This document shows, one piece after another, positions 18,725 through 29,800 of a stretch of DNA of 64,000 nt (positions are counted from its first letter, which is position 1; every line of letters begins with the position of its first letter). This DNA comes from an uncultured Prevotella sp. GTDB lineage: Bacteria; Bacteroidota; Bacteroidia; Bacteroidales; Bacteroidaceae. The stretch is taken from NCBI GenBank assembly GCA_900771975.1, contig CAAGPV010000012.1:132891-196890 (forward strand), given 5' to 3'. The translations under genes and the position numbers were made by a program. The notes under the pieces were generated by a model, which worked only from the letters and a program-made list of their open reading frames with translations, searched no databases and had not been told where the DNA came from.

Positions 18725-20599
18725 TCATCTGTGCATTAATATAAGGAGAACATTGATATCGCTTGGGCTTACTCCTGGTATGCGACTGGCCTGAGCCAAT
18801 GTCTCGGGATTTATTCGGCTGAGCTTTTGTCTGCACTCTGTGCTGAGGTCGTGTATCTCGTTGTAGTTGAAATGTCCCTTGATTTTGATATTCTCCAGAC
18901 GACGCATCTTTTCGGCAAATTGGCGCTCCCGGTCTATATATCCCTTGTACTTCATCTTTATTTCGGCAGCTTCGGCAATTTCGTCCACTCTATTGGGCGA
19001 TGCGTTGATGGCTGCTTTTAGCTCGGGTATGATTTCCTGAAGGTTCTTGAAGTTTACCTGTGGACGTGCCACCAGTTCTTCAATGTGTGTTGTACCGCGC
19101 AGAGGAGAAGTGTTAAGTGCTTCCAAAAATCCGTTCACTGTTTGCGGTTTTACCGATGCTTCGTGGCAAAAGGCTATGATTCGGTCGATGTTTTCTTCTT
19201 TTTCTTTCCACCAGTCGTACCGCTCTCTCGTGGCCAATCCTTTCTGATAGGATAGGGGAGTGAGGCGTGCATCTGCATCGTCTTGTCTCAGCAGAATGCG
19301 ATATTCTGCCCTTGATGTAAACATACGGTAGGGCTCGTCTACGCCTTTGGTTGTTAAATCGTCGATTAATACGCCAATATAGCTTTCGTCGCGCTGCATT
19401 ATTAAAGGTTCGCTGCCCGAGCAGAAGCACGCTGCGTTGATGCCGGCCACAGTTCCTTGACCGCCGGCCTCCTCATATCCAGTAGTGCCGTTTACCTGTC
19501 CAGCAAAGAAAAGCCCCTTGATAATTTTCGATTCCAACGAATGTTTCAGTTGAGTAGGATCGAAATAGTCGTATTCTATGGCGTAGCCGGGCCGATAGAT
19601 TTTTGCATCCTTTAGGGCCGGTATCTTGTGAAGGGCTTCCAGCTGAATGTTCCAAGGCATACTGGAGGAAAATCCGTTGAGGTACATTTCGTTGGTATCT
19701 GTGCCTTCGGGCTCAAGAAACAACGGGTGTTGGTCTTTGTCGGGAAAGGTGACAAGCTTGGTTTCGATGGAAGGGCAGTAGCGCGGGCCGGTACTTTTGA
19801 TTTGTCCGTTGAAGAGGGGAGAGTCTGCCAAGCCGCTCTTTAGTACGTTGTGCACTTCTTTGTTGGTGTTGCATGTCCAGCAAGGAAGTTGCGGTAACGC
19901 CCTATGAGGGCCGTAGTAGGAGAACTGGTGATAGTCGTTCTCGCCCGGTTGCTCTTCCATCAGGTCGAAATGTACGCTCCGCTTGTCTATGCGCACGGGC
20001 GTTCCTGTTTTCATTCGTGCCGAGGTGATGCCGTGCCGGGTGATGCTTTCGGTGAAATGAAGCACAGCGGGTTCTGCAATGCGTCCGCCTGCAACTTTCT
20101 TCCTGCCGATGTGCATGAGCCCGTTCAGAAATGTTCCAGCTGTCACCACGACTGCCTTGGCTCTGAATGTGATGCCCCAAATGGTGGTAATGCCGACGGC
20201 CATGCCGTCTTTTACCAACAACTCCTCTGCCTGATCCTGAAAAATGTCAAGGTTGGGCGTGTTGTCAAGCGTCTTTCGCCAAGTGGTGATAAACTTCTCG
20301 CGGTCGCATTGGGCACGTGGACTCCATACGGCAGGTCCTTTCGAGCGGTTTAGCATACGGAACTGTATGGCCGTGGCATCTGTAACCTTACCCATTTGAC
20401 CGCCAAGGGCGTCAATTTCCCTTACAATCTGACCTTTGGCAATGCCGCCTACTGCGGGATTGCAACTCATTTGGCCGATTTTGTTCATGTCCATCGTTAT
20501 CAGACACGTCTTGGCACCCATGTTGGCAGCTGCTGTTGCAGCCTCGCAACCAGCGTGGCCGGCTCCGATAACGATTATATCATATTTGAATTCCATCAT
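18725..20599 (-). CDS. mnmG: tRNA uridine-5-carboxymethylaminomethyl modification enzyme MnmG (GidA)
   Basis: FAD-binding N-terminus YDIIVIGAGHAGCEAATAAANMGAKTCLITM. The start is refined to MMEFKYD / MEFKYD (20599 or 20596). Confidence 0.95.
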   Translation of the reverse strand: MMEFKYDIIVIGAGHAGCEAATAAANMGAKTCLITMDMNKIGQMSCNPAVGGIAKGQIVREIDALGGQMGKVTDATAIQFRMLNRSKGPAVWSPRAQCDREKFITTWRKTLDNTPNLDIFQDQAEELLVKDGMAVGITTIWGITFRAKAVVVTAGTFLNGLMHIGRKKVAGGRIAEPAVLHFTESITRHGITSARMKTGTPVRIDKRSVHFDLMEEQPGENDYHQFSYYGPHRALPQLPCWTCNTNKEVHNVLKSGLADSPLFNGQIKSTGPRYCPSIETKLVTFPDKDQHPLFLEPEGTDTNEMYLNGFSSSMPWNIQLEALHKIPALKDAKIYRPGYAIEYDYFDPTQLKHSLESKIIKGLFFAGQVNGTTGYEEAGGQGTVAGINAACFCSGSEPLIMQRDESYIGVLIDDLTTKGVDEPYRMFTSRAEYRILLRQDDADARLTPLSYQKGLATRERYDWWKEKEENIDRIIAFCHEASVKPQTVNGFLEALNTSPLRGTTHIEELVARPQVNFKNLQEIIPELKAAINASPNRVDEIAEAAEIKMKYKGYIDRERQFAEKMRRLENIKIKGHFNYNEIHDLSTECRQKLSRINPETLAQASRIPGVSPSDINVLLILMHR

Positions 20600-20831
20600 A
20601 GAAAGTGGGATTTTCCCCGTGCAAAAATACAAAAGTTTCTCAATATGGGCTTTTAATTTTCTCCAAAAACACTTTGGCGTATCATTATTTTATAGTATTT
20701 TTGCAAGCGTATTTTACCGCCCTTGTACCTAAAAGGCGGTATTCATTGCTCGTTGCAACATTTTTTCTACACCGAAGGTGTTCGGTCTTGAAATTTATTC
20801 TAACATTTTAAATAATTTAATTCAACATTTT

Positions 20832-21509
20832 ATGTGGTTAATCAATTCTCCTATTGGTAGAAAGGTAGTGATGTCCCTGACGGGCGTCTGCCTTATTCTA
20901 TTCTTGACATTCCACTTGTGTATGAACGTTACTGCGCTCTTCTCAGGGGATGCTTACAACACCATTTGTGAGTTGTTGGGCTCTAACTGGTATGCCATTG
21001 TCGGTACACTGGGGTTGGCTTTCCTTGCGGCTTGCCACATCGTGTATGCTTTCATCTTGACAGCGCAAAACCGTCGTGCACGTGGAAACGAGCGATATGC
21101 TGTCACTTCGCGTCGTCCGGAGGTTAGCTGGGCCAGCCAGAACATGCTAGTGCTTGGTTTAATCATTCTGTTGGGTCTGTTGTTGCACCTGTTTAACTTT
21201 TGGTACAACATGATGTTTGCAGAGATTGCCAACTTGAGCACTTCTATCGAACCCACTGATGGCTTCGGCTGGATAGAGCAAACATTCTCCAATCCTGTTT
21301 ATGTAGTGCTCTATCTCGTTTGGTTGGCTGCCATCTGGTTCCACCTTACCCATGGTTTCTGGAGCGCAATGCAGACCCTCGGCTGGAGTGGAAAGGTTTG
21401 GCTCAAGCGTTGGCAGACCATCGGCGTGGTGTATGTAACCATTATGATGGCTTGTTTCGCAATCGTTGTACTGGCTTTTGCCACAGGTTGTGCTCCCAGT
21501 CTGCTTTAA
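20832..21509 (+). CDS. frdC: Fumarate reductase / succinate dehydrogenase cytochrome b subunit (Bacteroides type)
   Basis: MWLINSPIGRKVVMSLTGVCLILFLTFHLCMN with five predicted TM helices, immediately upstream of the flavoprotein and Fe-S subunits. The track ORF began at GTG 20778; I take the ATG at 20832. Confidence 0.85.
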   Translation: MWLINSPIGRKVVMSLTGVCLILFLTFHLCMNVTALFSGDAYNTICELLGSNWYAIVGTLGLAFLAACHIVYAFILTAQNRRARGNERYAVTSRRPEVSWASQNMLVLGLIILLGLLLHLFNFWYNMMFAEIANLSTSIEPTDGFGWIEQTFSNPVYVVLYLVWLAAIWFHLTHGFWSAMQTLGWSGKVWLKRWQTIGVVYVTIMMACFAIVVLAFATGCAPSLL

Positions 21510-21554
21510 TTTAACAATAGAAAGAAACAATACTTGAAAGAAAATAGATCGATT

Positions 21555-23537
21555 ATGGCTAATCAGATAAATTCAAGAATTCCTGAAGGTCCCGTTGCTG
21601 AGAAGTGGACTAACTATAAGGCACATCAACGCTTGGTCAATCCAAAGAACAAGCTCAAGCTCGATATCATCGTTGTGGGTACGGGTCTGGCTGGTGCCAG
21701 TGCCGCTGCAAGCCTCGGCGAAATGGGCTTCAAGGTGCTCAACTTTTGTATTCAAGACTCTCCGCGCCGCGCTCACTCCATCGCTGCACAGGGCGGTATC
21801 AACGCAGCAAAGAACTATCAGAACGACGGCGACTCTGTCTATCGTCTGTTCTATGACACCGTGAAGGGTGGTGACTACCGTGCCCGCGAGGCCAATGTCT
21901 ACCGCCTGGCTGAGGTAAGCAACAATATCATCGACCAGTGTGTAGCACAAGGCGTTCCTTTCGCCCGTGAGTATGGTGGTATGTTGGCCAACCGCTCGTT
22001 TGGCGGTGCACAGGTTTCACGTACATTCTACGCTAAAGGACAGACAGGACAGCAGCTCTTGCTGGGTGCCTATTCGGCTTTGTCGAAGCAGGTGCATGAC
22101 GGACGTGTTGTTCTTTATACTCGCTACGAGATGGAAGACCTCGTCATCGTTGACGGACGTGCTCGTGGCATCATCGCCAAAAATCTTATCACAGGCAAGC
22201 TTGAACGCTTCTCTGCCAACGCTGTAGTGATAGCTACCGGTGGATATGGCAACACCTACTTCCTCTCTACCAACGCAATGGGATGTAACTGCTCTGCTGC
22301 AATGGCTTGCTACCGCAAAGGTGCTTACTTTGCTAACCCCTCTTACGTGCAGATTCACCCAACCTGTATTCCCGTTCACGGTGACAAGCAGTCTAAACTG
22401 ACCCTTATGTCAGAGTCGTTGCGTAACGACGGCCGCATATGGGTGCCCAAAAAACTGGAAGACGCCAAGGCTTTGCAGGCTGGAACTAAGAAAGGTAGCG
22501 ACATTCCAGAGGAAGATCGCGACTATTATCTCGAACGCCGTTATCCTGCTTTCGGCAATCTTGTGCCCCGTGACGTGGCTTCACGTGCTGCCAAAGAGCG
22601 TTGCGACAAAGGCTATGGCGTCAACAACACCGGCCTGGCAGTGTTCCTCGACTTCTCTGAGAGCATCAATCGCTTAGGATTGGACGTTATTCGCCAGCGC
22701 TACGGCAACCTGTTCGATATGTATGAAGAGATTACTGACGTCAACCCCGGTGAGGTGGCAAACGAGATAAACGGTATCACCTATTATAACCCGATGATGA
22801 TTTACCCTGCCATCCACTACACCATGGGCGGCATCTGGGTAGACTACGAACTGATGACATCCATCACTGGACTGTTTGCAATCGGCGAATGTAACTTCTC
22901 TGACCACGGCGCCAACCGCTTAGGTGCCTCTGCGCTGATGCAGGGATTGGCTGATGGCTACTTCGTATTGCCTTACACCATCCAGAACTACCTCGCTGAC
23001 CAAGCCATTTGGCCCCATCTCTCTACCGATCTGCCAGAATTTGAAGAAGCCGAAAAGCATGTTCAGGCTGAAATTGACCGCCTGATGGGCATCCACGGAA
23101 AGCGCTCGGTAGACTCTATCCACAAGGAGTTGGGACACATCATGTGGGAACACGTGGGCATGGGACGTACTGCCGAAGGTCTGAAGGAAGGACTTGAAAA
23201 GATTAAGGCCATCCGCAAGGAGTTTGATACCAACCTCTTCATTCCTGGAGACAAGGAAGGCTTGAACGTAGAACTCGACAAGGCCATCCACCTGCGTGAC
23301 TTCATCACCATGGGTGAACTCATCGCTTATGACGCCCTTTCACGCAACGAGTCTTGTGGCGGACATTTCCGCGAGGAATACCAGACCGAAGAAGGCGAGG
23401 CCAAGCGCGATGACGAACATTACTTCTATGTAGGCTGCTGGGAATATCAGGGCAGCGACGAGAAGGCTCCAGAGTTGCTCAAAGAGCCTTTAGAGTATGA
23501 AGCCATCAAGGTTCAGACACGTAATTACAAGAACTAA
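21555..23537 (+). CDS. frdA: Fumarate reductase / succinate dehydrogenase flavoprotein subunit
   Basis: FAD-binding [15 protein letters not shown]; covalent-FAD region [14 protein letters not shown]; active-site HPT...HYTMGGI. Confidence 0.95.
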   Translation: MANQINSRIPEGPVAEKWTNYKAHQRLVNPKNKLKLDIIVVGTGLAGASAAASLGEMGFKVLNFCIQDSPRRAHSIAAQGGINAAKNYQNDGDSVYRLFYDTVKGGDYRAREANVYRLAEVSNNIIDQCVAQGVPFAREYGGMLANRSFGGAQVSRTFYAKGQTGQQLLLGAYSALSKQVHDGRVVLYTRYEMEDLVIVDGRARGIIAKNLITGKLERFSANAVVIATGGYGNTYFLSTNAMGCNCSAAMACYRKGAYFANPSYVQIHPTCIPVHGDKQSKLTLMSESLRNDGRIWVPKKLEDAKALQAGTKKGSDIPEEDRDYYLERRYPAFGNLVPRDVASRAAKERCDKGYGVNNTGLAVFLDFSESINRLGLDVIRQRYGNLFDMYEEITDVNPGEVANEINGITYYNPMMIYPAIHYTMGGIWVDYELMTSITGLFAIGECNFSDHGANRLGASALMQGLADGYFVLPYTIQNYLADQAIWPHLSTDLPEFEEAEKHVQAEIDRLMGIHGKRSVDSIHKELGHIMWEHVGMGRTAEGLKEGLEKIKAIRKEFDTNLFIPGDKEGLNVELDKAIHLRDFITMGELIAYDALSRNESCGGHFREEYQTEEGEAKRDDEHYFYVGCWEYQGSDEKAPELLKEPLEYEAIKVQTRNYKN

Positions 23538-23558
23538 TTAAAACGACAAGAAACAATT

Positions 23559-24314
23559 ATGGAGAATAATATAAGTTTCACACTGAAAGTTTGGCGTCAG
23601 AACGGGCCTAAGGCCAAAGGCCATTTCGATACTTTCGAGATGAAAGACATTCCTACCGACACCTCGTTTCTCGAGATGCTCGACATTCTTAACGAACAAC
23701 TCATAGAGGACGGCAAGGAACCTTTCGTGTTCGACCACGACTGCCGTGAGGGTATTTGCGGCATGTGCTCGCTCTATATTAACGGCCATCCGCACGGACC
23801 GGCAACGGGGGCTACCACCTGTCAGCTCTATATGCGCCGCTTCCACGATGGCGATGTCATCACAGTAGAGCCTTGGCGCTCTGCTGCTTTCCCCGTTATT
23901 AAGGATTGTATGGTAGATCGCTCTGCCTTCGATAAGATCATTCAGGCGGGAGGCTATGTCTCTGTCCGCACAGGACAACCACAGGACGCCAATGCCATCC
24001 TCATTCCTAAGGAGAATGCCGACGAAGCTATGGACGCTGCCACCTGTATCGGTTGCGGCTGCTGCGTGGCTGCCTGCAAGAACGGGTCTGCCATGCTCTT
24101 TGTCAGCTCTAAGGTGAGCCAGCTTGCCTTGTTGCCACAAGGGCGCCCAGAAGCTGCCAAACGCGTCAAGGCTATGGTGGCCAAGATGGAAGAGCTTGGC
24201 TTCGGCAACTGCACTAACACCCGTGCCTGCGAGGCTGAATGTCCTAAGAACGAGTCGATTGCCAATATCGCTCGCCTGAACCGCGAGTTCCTTAAAGCCA
24301 AACTTGCCGACTAA
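23559..24314 (+). CDS. frdB: Fumarate reductase / succinate dehydrogenase iron-sulfur subunit
   Basis: 2Fe-2S cysteines [10 protein letters not shown] and 4Fe-4S / 3Fe-4S clusters [11 protein letters not shown] and [12 protein letters not shown]. Confidence 0.95.
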   Translation: MENNISFTLKVWRQNGPKAKGHFDTFEMKDIPTDTSFLEMLDILNEQLIEDGKEPFVFDHDCREGICGMCSLYINGHPHGPATGATTCQLYMRRFHDGDVITVEPWRSAAFPVIKDCMVDRSAFDKIIQAGGYVSVRTGQPQDANAILIPKENADEAMDAATCIGCGCCVAACKNGSAMLFVSSKVSQLALLPQGRPEAAKRVKAMVAKMEELGFGNCTNTRACEAECPKNESIANIARLNREFLKAKLAD

Positions 24315-24347
24315 CCGTCTGCACACAAGGCTTTATAAATATATCAT

Positions 24348-24384
24348 AGTCCTCTGCTCTTTGCGTGAGCAGAGGACTTTTTTG
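24348..24384 (+). terminator. Rho-independent terminator of the frdCAB operon
   Basis: agtcctctgctc-tttgcgt-gagcagaggact is a perfect 12-bp stem, followed by tttttt. Confidence 0.85.
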
Positions 24385-24678
24385 TGCCTGTTGGTCGGTC
24401 TATTGAGCACAAGTGGGGAAATAACAGTAAATGAAGCTACTGGATTAACAAGTGTTAAATTAGCAGGTAAATTTGAAAAAACCGTGTTAAAAAAAACTAA
24501 TTATACATTTGCAAAAAGTTGGTTTTGTCTGAGTTATGGATGGTTTGTTATAATTTCGCAACTTAGTATTAAGCATTTTGACAGATAATCTATCTACTTA
24601 AATCGCATCTTGAAGTGAAGGTGCAACTGTAAAAAGCAAACGAAAATTAACAATTAAAGCCTAAATCAAAAAAGCAAA

Positions 24679-26238
24679 ATGAAAAAATTATTTACTCTCT
24701 TATTGCTCTTGGTGTGTGTTGTTTCTACATCTTGGGCACAAAAAACCTATACGGTATCCTATGACGGAAAGGACGTTGAATCGAAAGAAGGTTACTTTAC
24801 GAACAGTGCAAAACATAGTTTTAATAAAAAGTTTTGTCCTTGCACCTATGAAGGTCATACCTATGCTAAAGCCTTGAAGATGGAATCTGCAACCACGGTT
24901 ACATTCACCACTACCAATAAAGCGACCGTAACAATTGTTCAATCGTTAGTATTTGGTGGAGACGCAACCATTAAGCTAAATAATGAAGTGTTGGATGATC
25001 GCGTAGATGATACAGAAGGACATGTGGGCGTCTATACAAAGACGAATTTGAAAGCAGGTACATATACTGTTGCAAGAGGAAGTGGAGAGTCCGGCATCTG
25101 TTATATAAAGGTGGTAGAGCAAGCTGCAGAAAATCAGGTGGCCATTCCTACCATTTCGTCTGCTGATGGTAAGTTTACATTCACAGACAATGCCACCATC
25201 TCTATCTCTACTGCTACTGCAGGGGCAACCATCCATTACACGATTAACGATGGTGACGAACAGGTTTATAGCAATCCGTTCACCATTAATAGCAAGTCTA
25301 CCATCAAGGCTTGGGCCACAAAAGACAGTATGGTGAAAAGCTCTACAGCGACAGCCACCTTTTCGAAAGTATTGAACAACCCTGTTCTGACGTTGAACGG
25401 CAACATTCTTACACCTGGCGATATTGAAGGTCTAAGCTGTAACGAAAACCTTATCGCTACGGCAGATGAAGGTCAATTCATTATTTCTGCTTGGAGTACC
25501 AATCCTAATAAGTACACCACCGCAGAAGGCCTGAACGGCAGTAACAAATCAGAAACGAATACAACCAACCTTTCAACGGCAACAGGAGGCGACCAAAGAG
25601 TCCTTTTCATTGCAGCCACCGATGGGAATGGCAACTATAGCGACCTTTGTGTTTACGTGTTCAAGAATATCTATACCGTTTTGACATCCATTACGGATGC
25701 AGGTTATGCTTCTTTCAGTGATGCGAAAAATAAGTTGGACTTCTCGCAGATGGACGGGTTGACAGCTTATGTGGCCACTGGTAATACCACCTCTACCATT
25801 ATGCTTGAAGAGGTGACTTCCATACCTGCATCAACTGGAGTGATATTGAAAGGCGCAAAGGGCGAATACCGTATTCCTATAGCAAGTTCTGCTTCAGAGC
25901 CTGTTGTAAACATTTTGAAGGCAACAACCAAAGAAACCACTTTTAAAGCAGGCGAAGCTTATGCGTTTGGAGTCCTCAATGGAACAGTAGGATTCTATGT
26001 TGTTGGCGAAGGAGGCTATACAGTTAAGAAAAACCGTGCTTATATTGATGCAACCTCTATCACTGCAGATGCCAAGCCGTTCCTTACTTTTGACAACAAC
26101 GAAACCAACAATATCAGCTTTGAAGAAGCTGCTTCCTTCGACAAGAATGCACCAATGTACAATCTTGCAGGACAGCGCGTCAATGCCAACTATCACGGCG
26201 TAGTGCTTCAAAACGGCAAGAAATTCATCGTAAAGTAA
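24679..26238 (+). CDS. Secreted T9SS cargo protein of unknown function with a chitobiase/beta-hexosaminidase C-terminal-like (CHB_HEX_C) module
   Basis: Signal peptide MKKLFTLLLLLVCVVSTSWAQ. The CHB_HEX_C-like module is GATIHYTINDGDEQVYSNPFTINSKSTIKAWATKDSMVKSSTATATF. The C-terminus ...YNLAGQRVNANYHGVVLQNGKKFIVK matches a T9SS CTD. Confidence 0.55.
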   Translation: MKKLFTLLLLLVCVVSTSWAQKTYTVSYDGKDVESKEGYFTNSAKHSFNKKFCPCTYEGHTYAKALKMESATTVTFTTTNKATVTIVQSLVFGGDATIKLNNEVLDDRVDDTEGHVGVYTKTNLKAGTYTVARGSGESGICYIKVVEQAAENQVAIPTISSADGKFTFTDNATISISTATAGATIHYTINDGDEQVYSNPFTINSKSTIKAWATKDSMVKSSTATATFSKVLNNPVLTLNGNILTPGDIEGLSCNENLIATADEGQFIISAWSTNPNKYTTAEGLNGSNKSETNTTNLSTATGGDQRVLFIAATDGNGNYSDLCVYVFKNIYTVLTSITDAGYASFSDAKNKLDFSQMDGLTAYVATGNTTSTIMLEEVTSIPASTGVILKGAKGEYRIPIASSASEPVVNILKATTKETTFKAGEAYAFGVLNGTVGFYVVGEGGYTVKKNRAYIDATSITADAKPFLTFDNNETNNISFEEAASFDKNAPMYNLAGQRVNANYHGVVLQNGKKFIVK

Positions 26239-26271
26239 AACGATACAGTTATTATATAAATTACACACAAA

Positions 26272-26469
26272 ATGAAAAAAGCAACATATATCACACCTTC
26301 AATCAAGGTGAAACAAATTAATACGGAATCTCTTTTGGCTTCAGAATCGGTAACTTATGGAGATGGAACTACAAGTGACACAGGCTTCCAAGGCTTGTCC
26401 AACGAGGGAACCGTTGAGGATGACGAAGAGGATGTAGCACTACCACAAAACTATAACATCTGGGAATAA
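26272..26469 (+). CDS. Small acidic hypothetical protein (65 aa), apparently co-transcribed with the upstream T9SS cargo gene
   Basis: MKKATYITPSIKVKQINTESLLASESVTYGDGTTSDTGFQGLSNEGTVEDDEEDVALPQNYNIWE. It starts 33 bp after the upstream stop, has no signal peptide, and is followed 34 bp later by a strong intrinsic terminator. I do not recognise the family. Confidence 0.5.
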   Translation: MKKATYITPSIKVKQINTESLLASESVTYGDGTTSDTGFQGLSNEGTVEDDEEDVALPQNYNIWE

Positions 26470-26502
26470 GAAAAAACAAGTAGAACTGATTGTTCAATAA
26501 AG

Positions 26503-26548
26503 AATGGGATTGCAACCAAAAAGTAGTTGTAATCCCATTTTCTTTTGC
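26503..26548 (+). terminator. Rho-independent terminator after the 65-aa ORF
   Basis: aatgggattgcaac-caaaaagtag-gttgtaatcccatt is a 13-14-bp stem with one G.U pair, followed by ttcttttgcgtttt. Confidence 0.8.
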
Positions 26549-26664
26549 GTTTTGTAAAACGGCAAGAAACGTGTGGAAATGTAAAAAATCGGTAAGTTTA
26601 TGATAAAATTTGGGTAAATGTAAGATTTTTGTCGATATCTTTTGTTGTTTATAAAAATAATGCA

Positions 26665-26672
26665 TATATTTG
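26665..26672 (+). promoter_or_regulatory. -7 box TATATTTG (extended TATATTTGCAA) for the 1089-aa adhesin gene
   Basis: Matches the TAnnTTTG consensus and predicts a ~129-nt 5'UTR. It is flanked by AAATGTAAAAA direct repeats at 26576-26588, 26616-26624 and 26678-26690. Confidence 0.55.
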
Positions 26673-26807
26673 CAAACGAAATGTAAAAACCAAGCAAATA
26701 ACTCTTTGGTGGCATATTGTCAAATACTAATAAATTAATAACGAAAGAAAGCTGTTATATCCCACGAGAAGATAAACAACACTATATTATTCACTAAACA
26801 CAAGTTT

Positions 26808-29800
26808 ATGAGAAAGAAAATTACACGTTTGTCGTGGTTGGCATTGGCGATAGCCTTGTCTTCCCCTGCTGTCTCAACCGCTCAGACAGCAACCAAAAAG
26901 GTGGCACCGAGCCCTGCAAAACTTTTGCTGGATGCTGCAAGTGAGAACCCTTTGGTAAAGAAAGGCCAAATGATTCCGCAGATGCCATCCCTCTTCAAGA
27001 GAGCAGCTGTGTTTAATTCCCTGATTCAACCTTCATCATCTGTTGCAAGAGTGCCCTTGAAAGCTGACACAGCTTTAGAGCCCGACTATTGCAACACTTT
27101 TGATTCAGAGGAAGACTTCAATGCATTTACCGTTTTGGATGCTAACAATGACGGTAGAACATGGAAGTATTCTGCAAATCAAGGCGCAGCACAGTCTTAT
27201 TGGAACTCTACAAAGGACAACGACGACTGGTTGTTCTCACCGGCTATCCACTTGAAAGCTTCTCGCTCCTATGTGTTTGCTTTCAAGCTAAGAAACCAGA
27301 GCAGTACTTATCATAACTCCTTAGAGGTGAAATGGGGTGATGCTGCAACACCGGAAGGCATGACCAAGACTCTTCTTCCCACTACTACACCTTCTAACGT
27401 ATGGACAGAGTATACCTATGAGATAACTCCTGAAGCCGATGGCAACTTCTATTTCGGTTTCCATGAAAATTCACCTAAAGACCAGTTCTACTTGCTTGTA
27501 GACAGCTTCAGCGTTACAGCTTCAGCGTTGGCAACAGCTCCTGACTCAGTGACAAGTTTGAAGGTGACCCCTGGAGCACAGGGCGCTCTTACTGCAGACT
27601 TGAGCTTTAATGTTCCTACAAAGGCCATTGACGGCTCTGCCCTCAGTAAAGTTGATAGCCTTGTCATCAAGCGTGACGGTGCAATTATCTCTGTTTTAGG
27701 ACAGAAGAGTGCTGGTACACACGTTGCCTTCCAAGACAATGAGCTCAGCGGTCTTACTGTTGGAGGTACACACAAATACTCAGTTGTTGCCTACAAGGGA
27801 GAAGATGCAGGACGCACCAATACTGTTGCAGCCTGGATTGGTGAAGACGTTCCATTGGAACCACAGAACCGTGTTTTGACAGACAACGTTTCCAACATAC
27901 TCGTTTCTTGGGATCCATTCACCAATGTTGGAGCTAATGGCGGTTATGTAGATGCTTCTAAGTTGTCAGTGTCAGTCTTTAAACTGGTAGAAAGCATTTT
28001 CGGCTATTCTGTTGGCGACTCTTTGACTACCAGTGAAAAGGGTGCAACGAGTGTAACTATTGACCAAGATCCAGAAGAATCTACGTCTGATGACGGCTAT
28101 CAGGATTTGCTCCAGTATGCCGTAAGAACCAATGGTGCTTCTGCTAATAGTGGTTACTACATCACCAATGCACTTGTTGTAGGTCCAACTATTTCTGCTC
28201 CATATAAAGAGTCTTTCGCAGCCGGTAATGTTGAAAACGGTTTTGCATGGCTTGAATCTAACGAAGCCGTAGTCAATCGTGCTACAGCGTCTACTTGGAC
28301 ACTCTCTACAGACGTTTCTGCAGATAATGATGGCGGTTGCGCTTACTGGTCTGACATTGAAGGCTCTTACTCAAGCTATACCATAGAGGCTGGCGACGAG
28401 TGCTCAATCAACACTCCAAAGTTAAGTGTTAAGAACACCACCAATCCTACACTTTCATTCAGCTACTATGCTCCTGCCAAGACAAAAGCAAAGCTTGAGG
28501 TAGTTGTTGCTACTCCTGATGGAGCAGAAACCACCCTTAAGACTATCGACCTGTCAAAGAAGACCACTTCTGGTTGGGTTTCAGAAGAAGCTGACCTTTC
28601 AGCATTCAAGAACGAACGCTACTTCTTCGTGAAGTTCCATGGTATTGCAGAAGACAATGATATCGAGATGGGTGTTGACAATATCAATGTTCTTGATAAG
28701 TTGGACTACAACCTCGCAGCCACTTCTATCAGCGTTCCTTCCAAGGTGAAAGCTGGTACAAGCACACCTGTTGTTGTCGGTGTGAAGAACTGGGGTGCCA
28801 ATGCAGCAAGCAACTTCAGCGTAGTGCTCTACTCTAACGATGTTGCAGTAGACACAGTGGCAGTTGAAAACGAACTCGCTTCCTTCGAAGAGACCAGCGT
28901 AGAGACCACATTGCCAGTTAAGATTAATGCTCCAGAGCAACTCTCTGTAAAAGCAGAAGTGGTTTACGCCAACGACTTGAAGGCAGATGACAATACAACC
29001 GAGACAAAGACAGTTAACGTTATTCAGCCTAAGACACCAAAGGTTTCTGACCTTACAGCTGAAAACCCAAGCTATCCAACAGTGAACTTGGCTTGGAGTG
29101 CTCCTGCTCAACCTGAATTTGCTACAGTTACAGACGGCTTCGAAGATTATGAAGACTTCGCTATTGATGAATTTGGTGGCTGGCAGACTTCTTGCGGAAA
29201 CGATCAGGCTTTAGGTATGGGCTTCTGGAATTATTATCAATATCCTAACCAGGGAACTGCATTTGGATTTATCGTCTTCAACCTCTCACAGGTTTATCCT
29301 GACGCTGACCTCGTAACACCTAACCCAGGTCTTGCTGCACATACCGGCGACAAGTATGCTATGTCTCCTTACCGTGCAGACGGTAGCAACTTCCTTGACA
29401 ATGATAGCTGGTTGATTTCTCCATCCCTCTCAGGAAAGGCACAGACCATTTCGTTCTATGTAAACAACCTTGCATCAGCCGATGGTGTTTATGCAGAGTC
29501 TTATGATGTATTGGGTTCAAAGACCAATACCGATCTTTCAAGCTTCACCAAGATTGGTGATACTCGTGTAGCCAACGGATCTGTTGTAGCCGGCGATGGC
29601 AACAACTGGACTAAAGTAAGCGTTGACATTCCAGAAGGAACTAAGTACTTCGCTATTCACCAGACCACTTCAGCTGACAATGCATTCCTCTTCGGTGTTG
29701 ACGATGTAACTTATGAAAGTGGTGCAGAAGGCGCTTCTGACTCTATCGTAGCTTACAACATCTATCGTGATGGTGAGTTGATCGCAACAGTTGACGGTAA

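Noticed and set aside
20690-20740. The hairpin taccgcc-cttgtacctaaaa-ggcggta in the mnmG/frdC divergent region, as an attenuator or riboswitch.
   Set aside because: It is short with no conserved riboswitch features recognisable by eye, and is more likely part of ordinary divergent promoter architecture.
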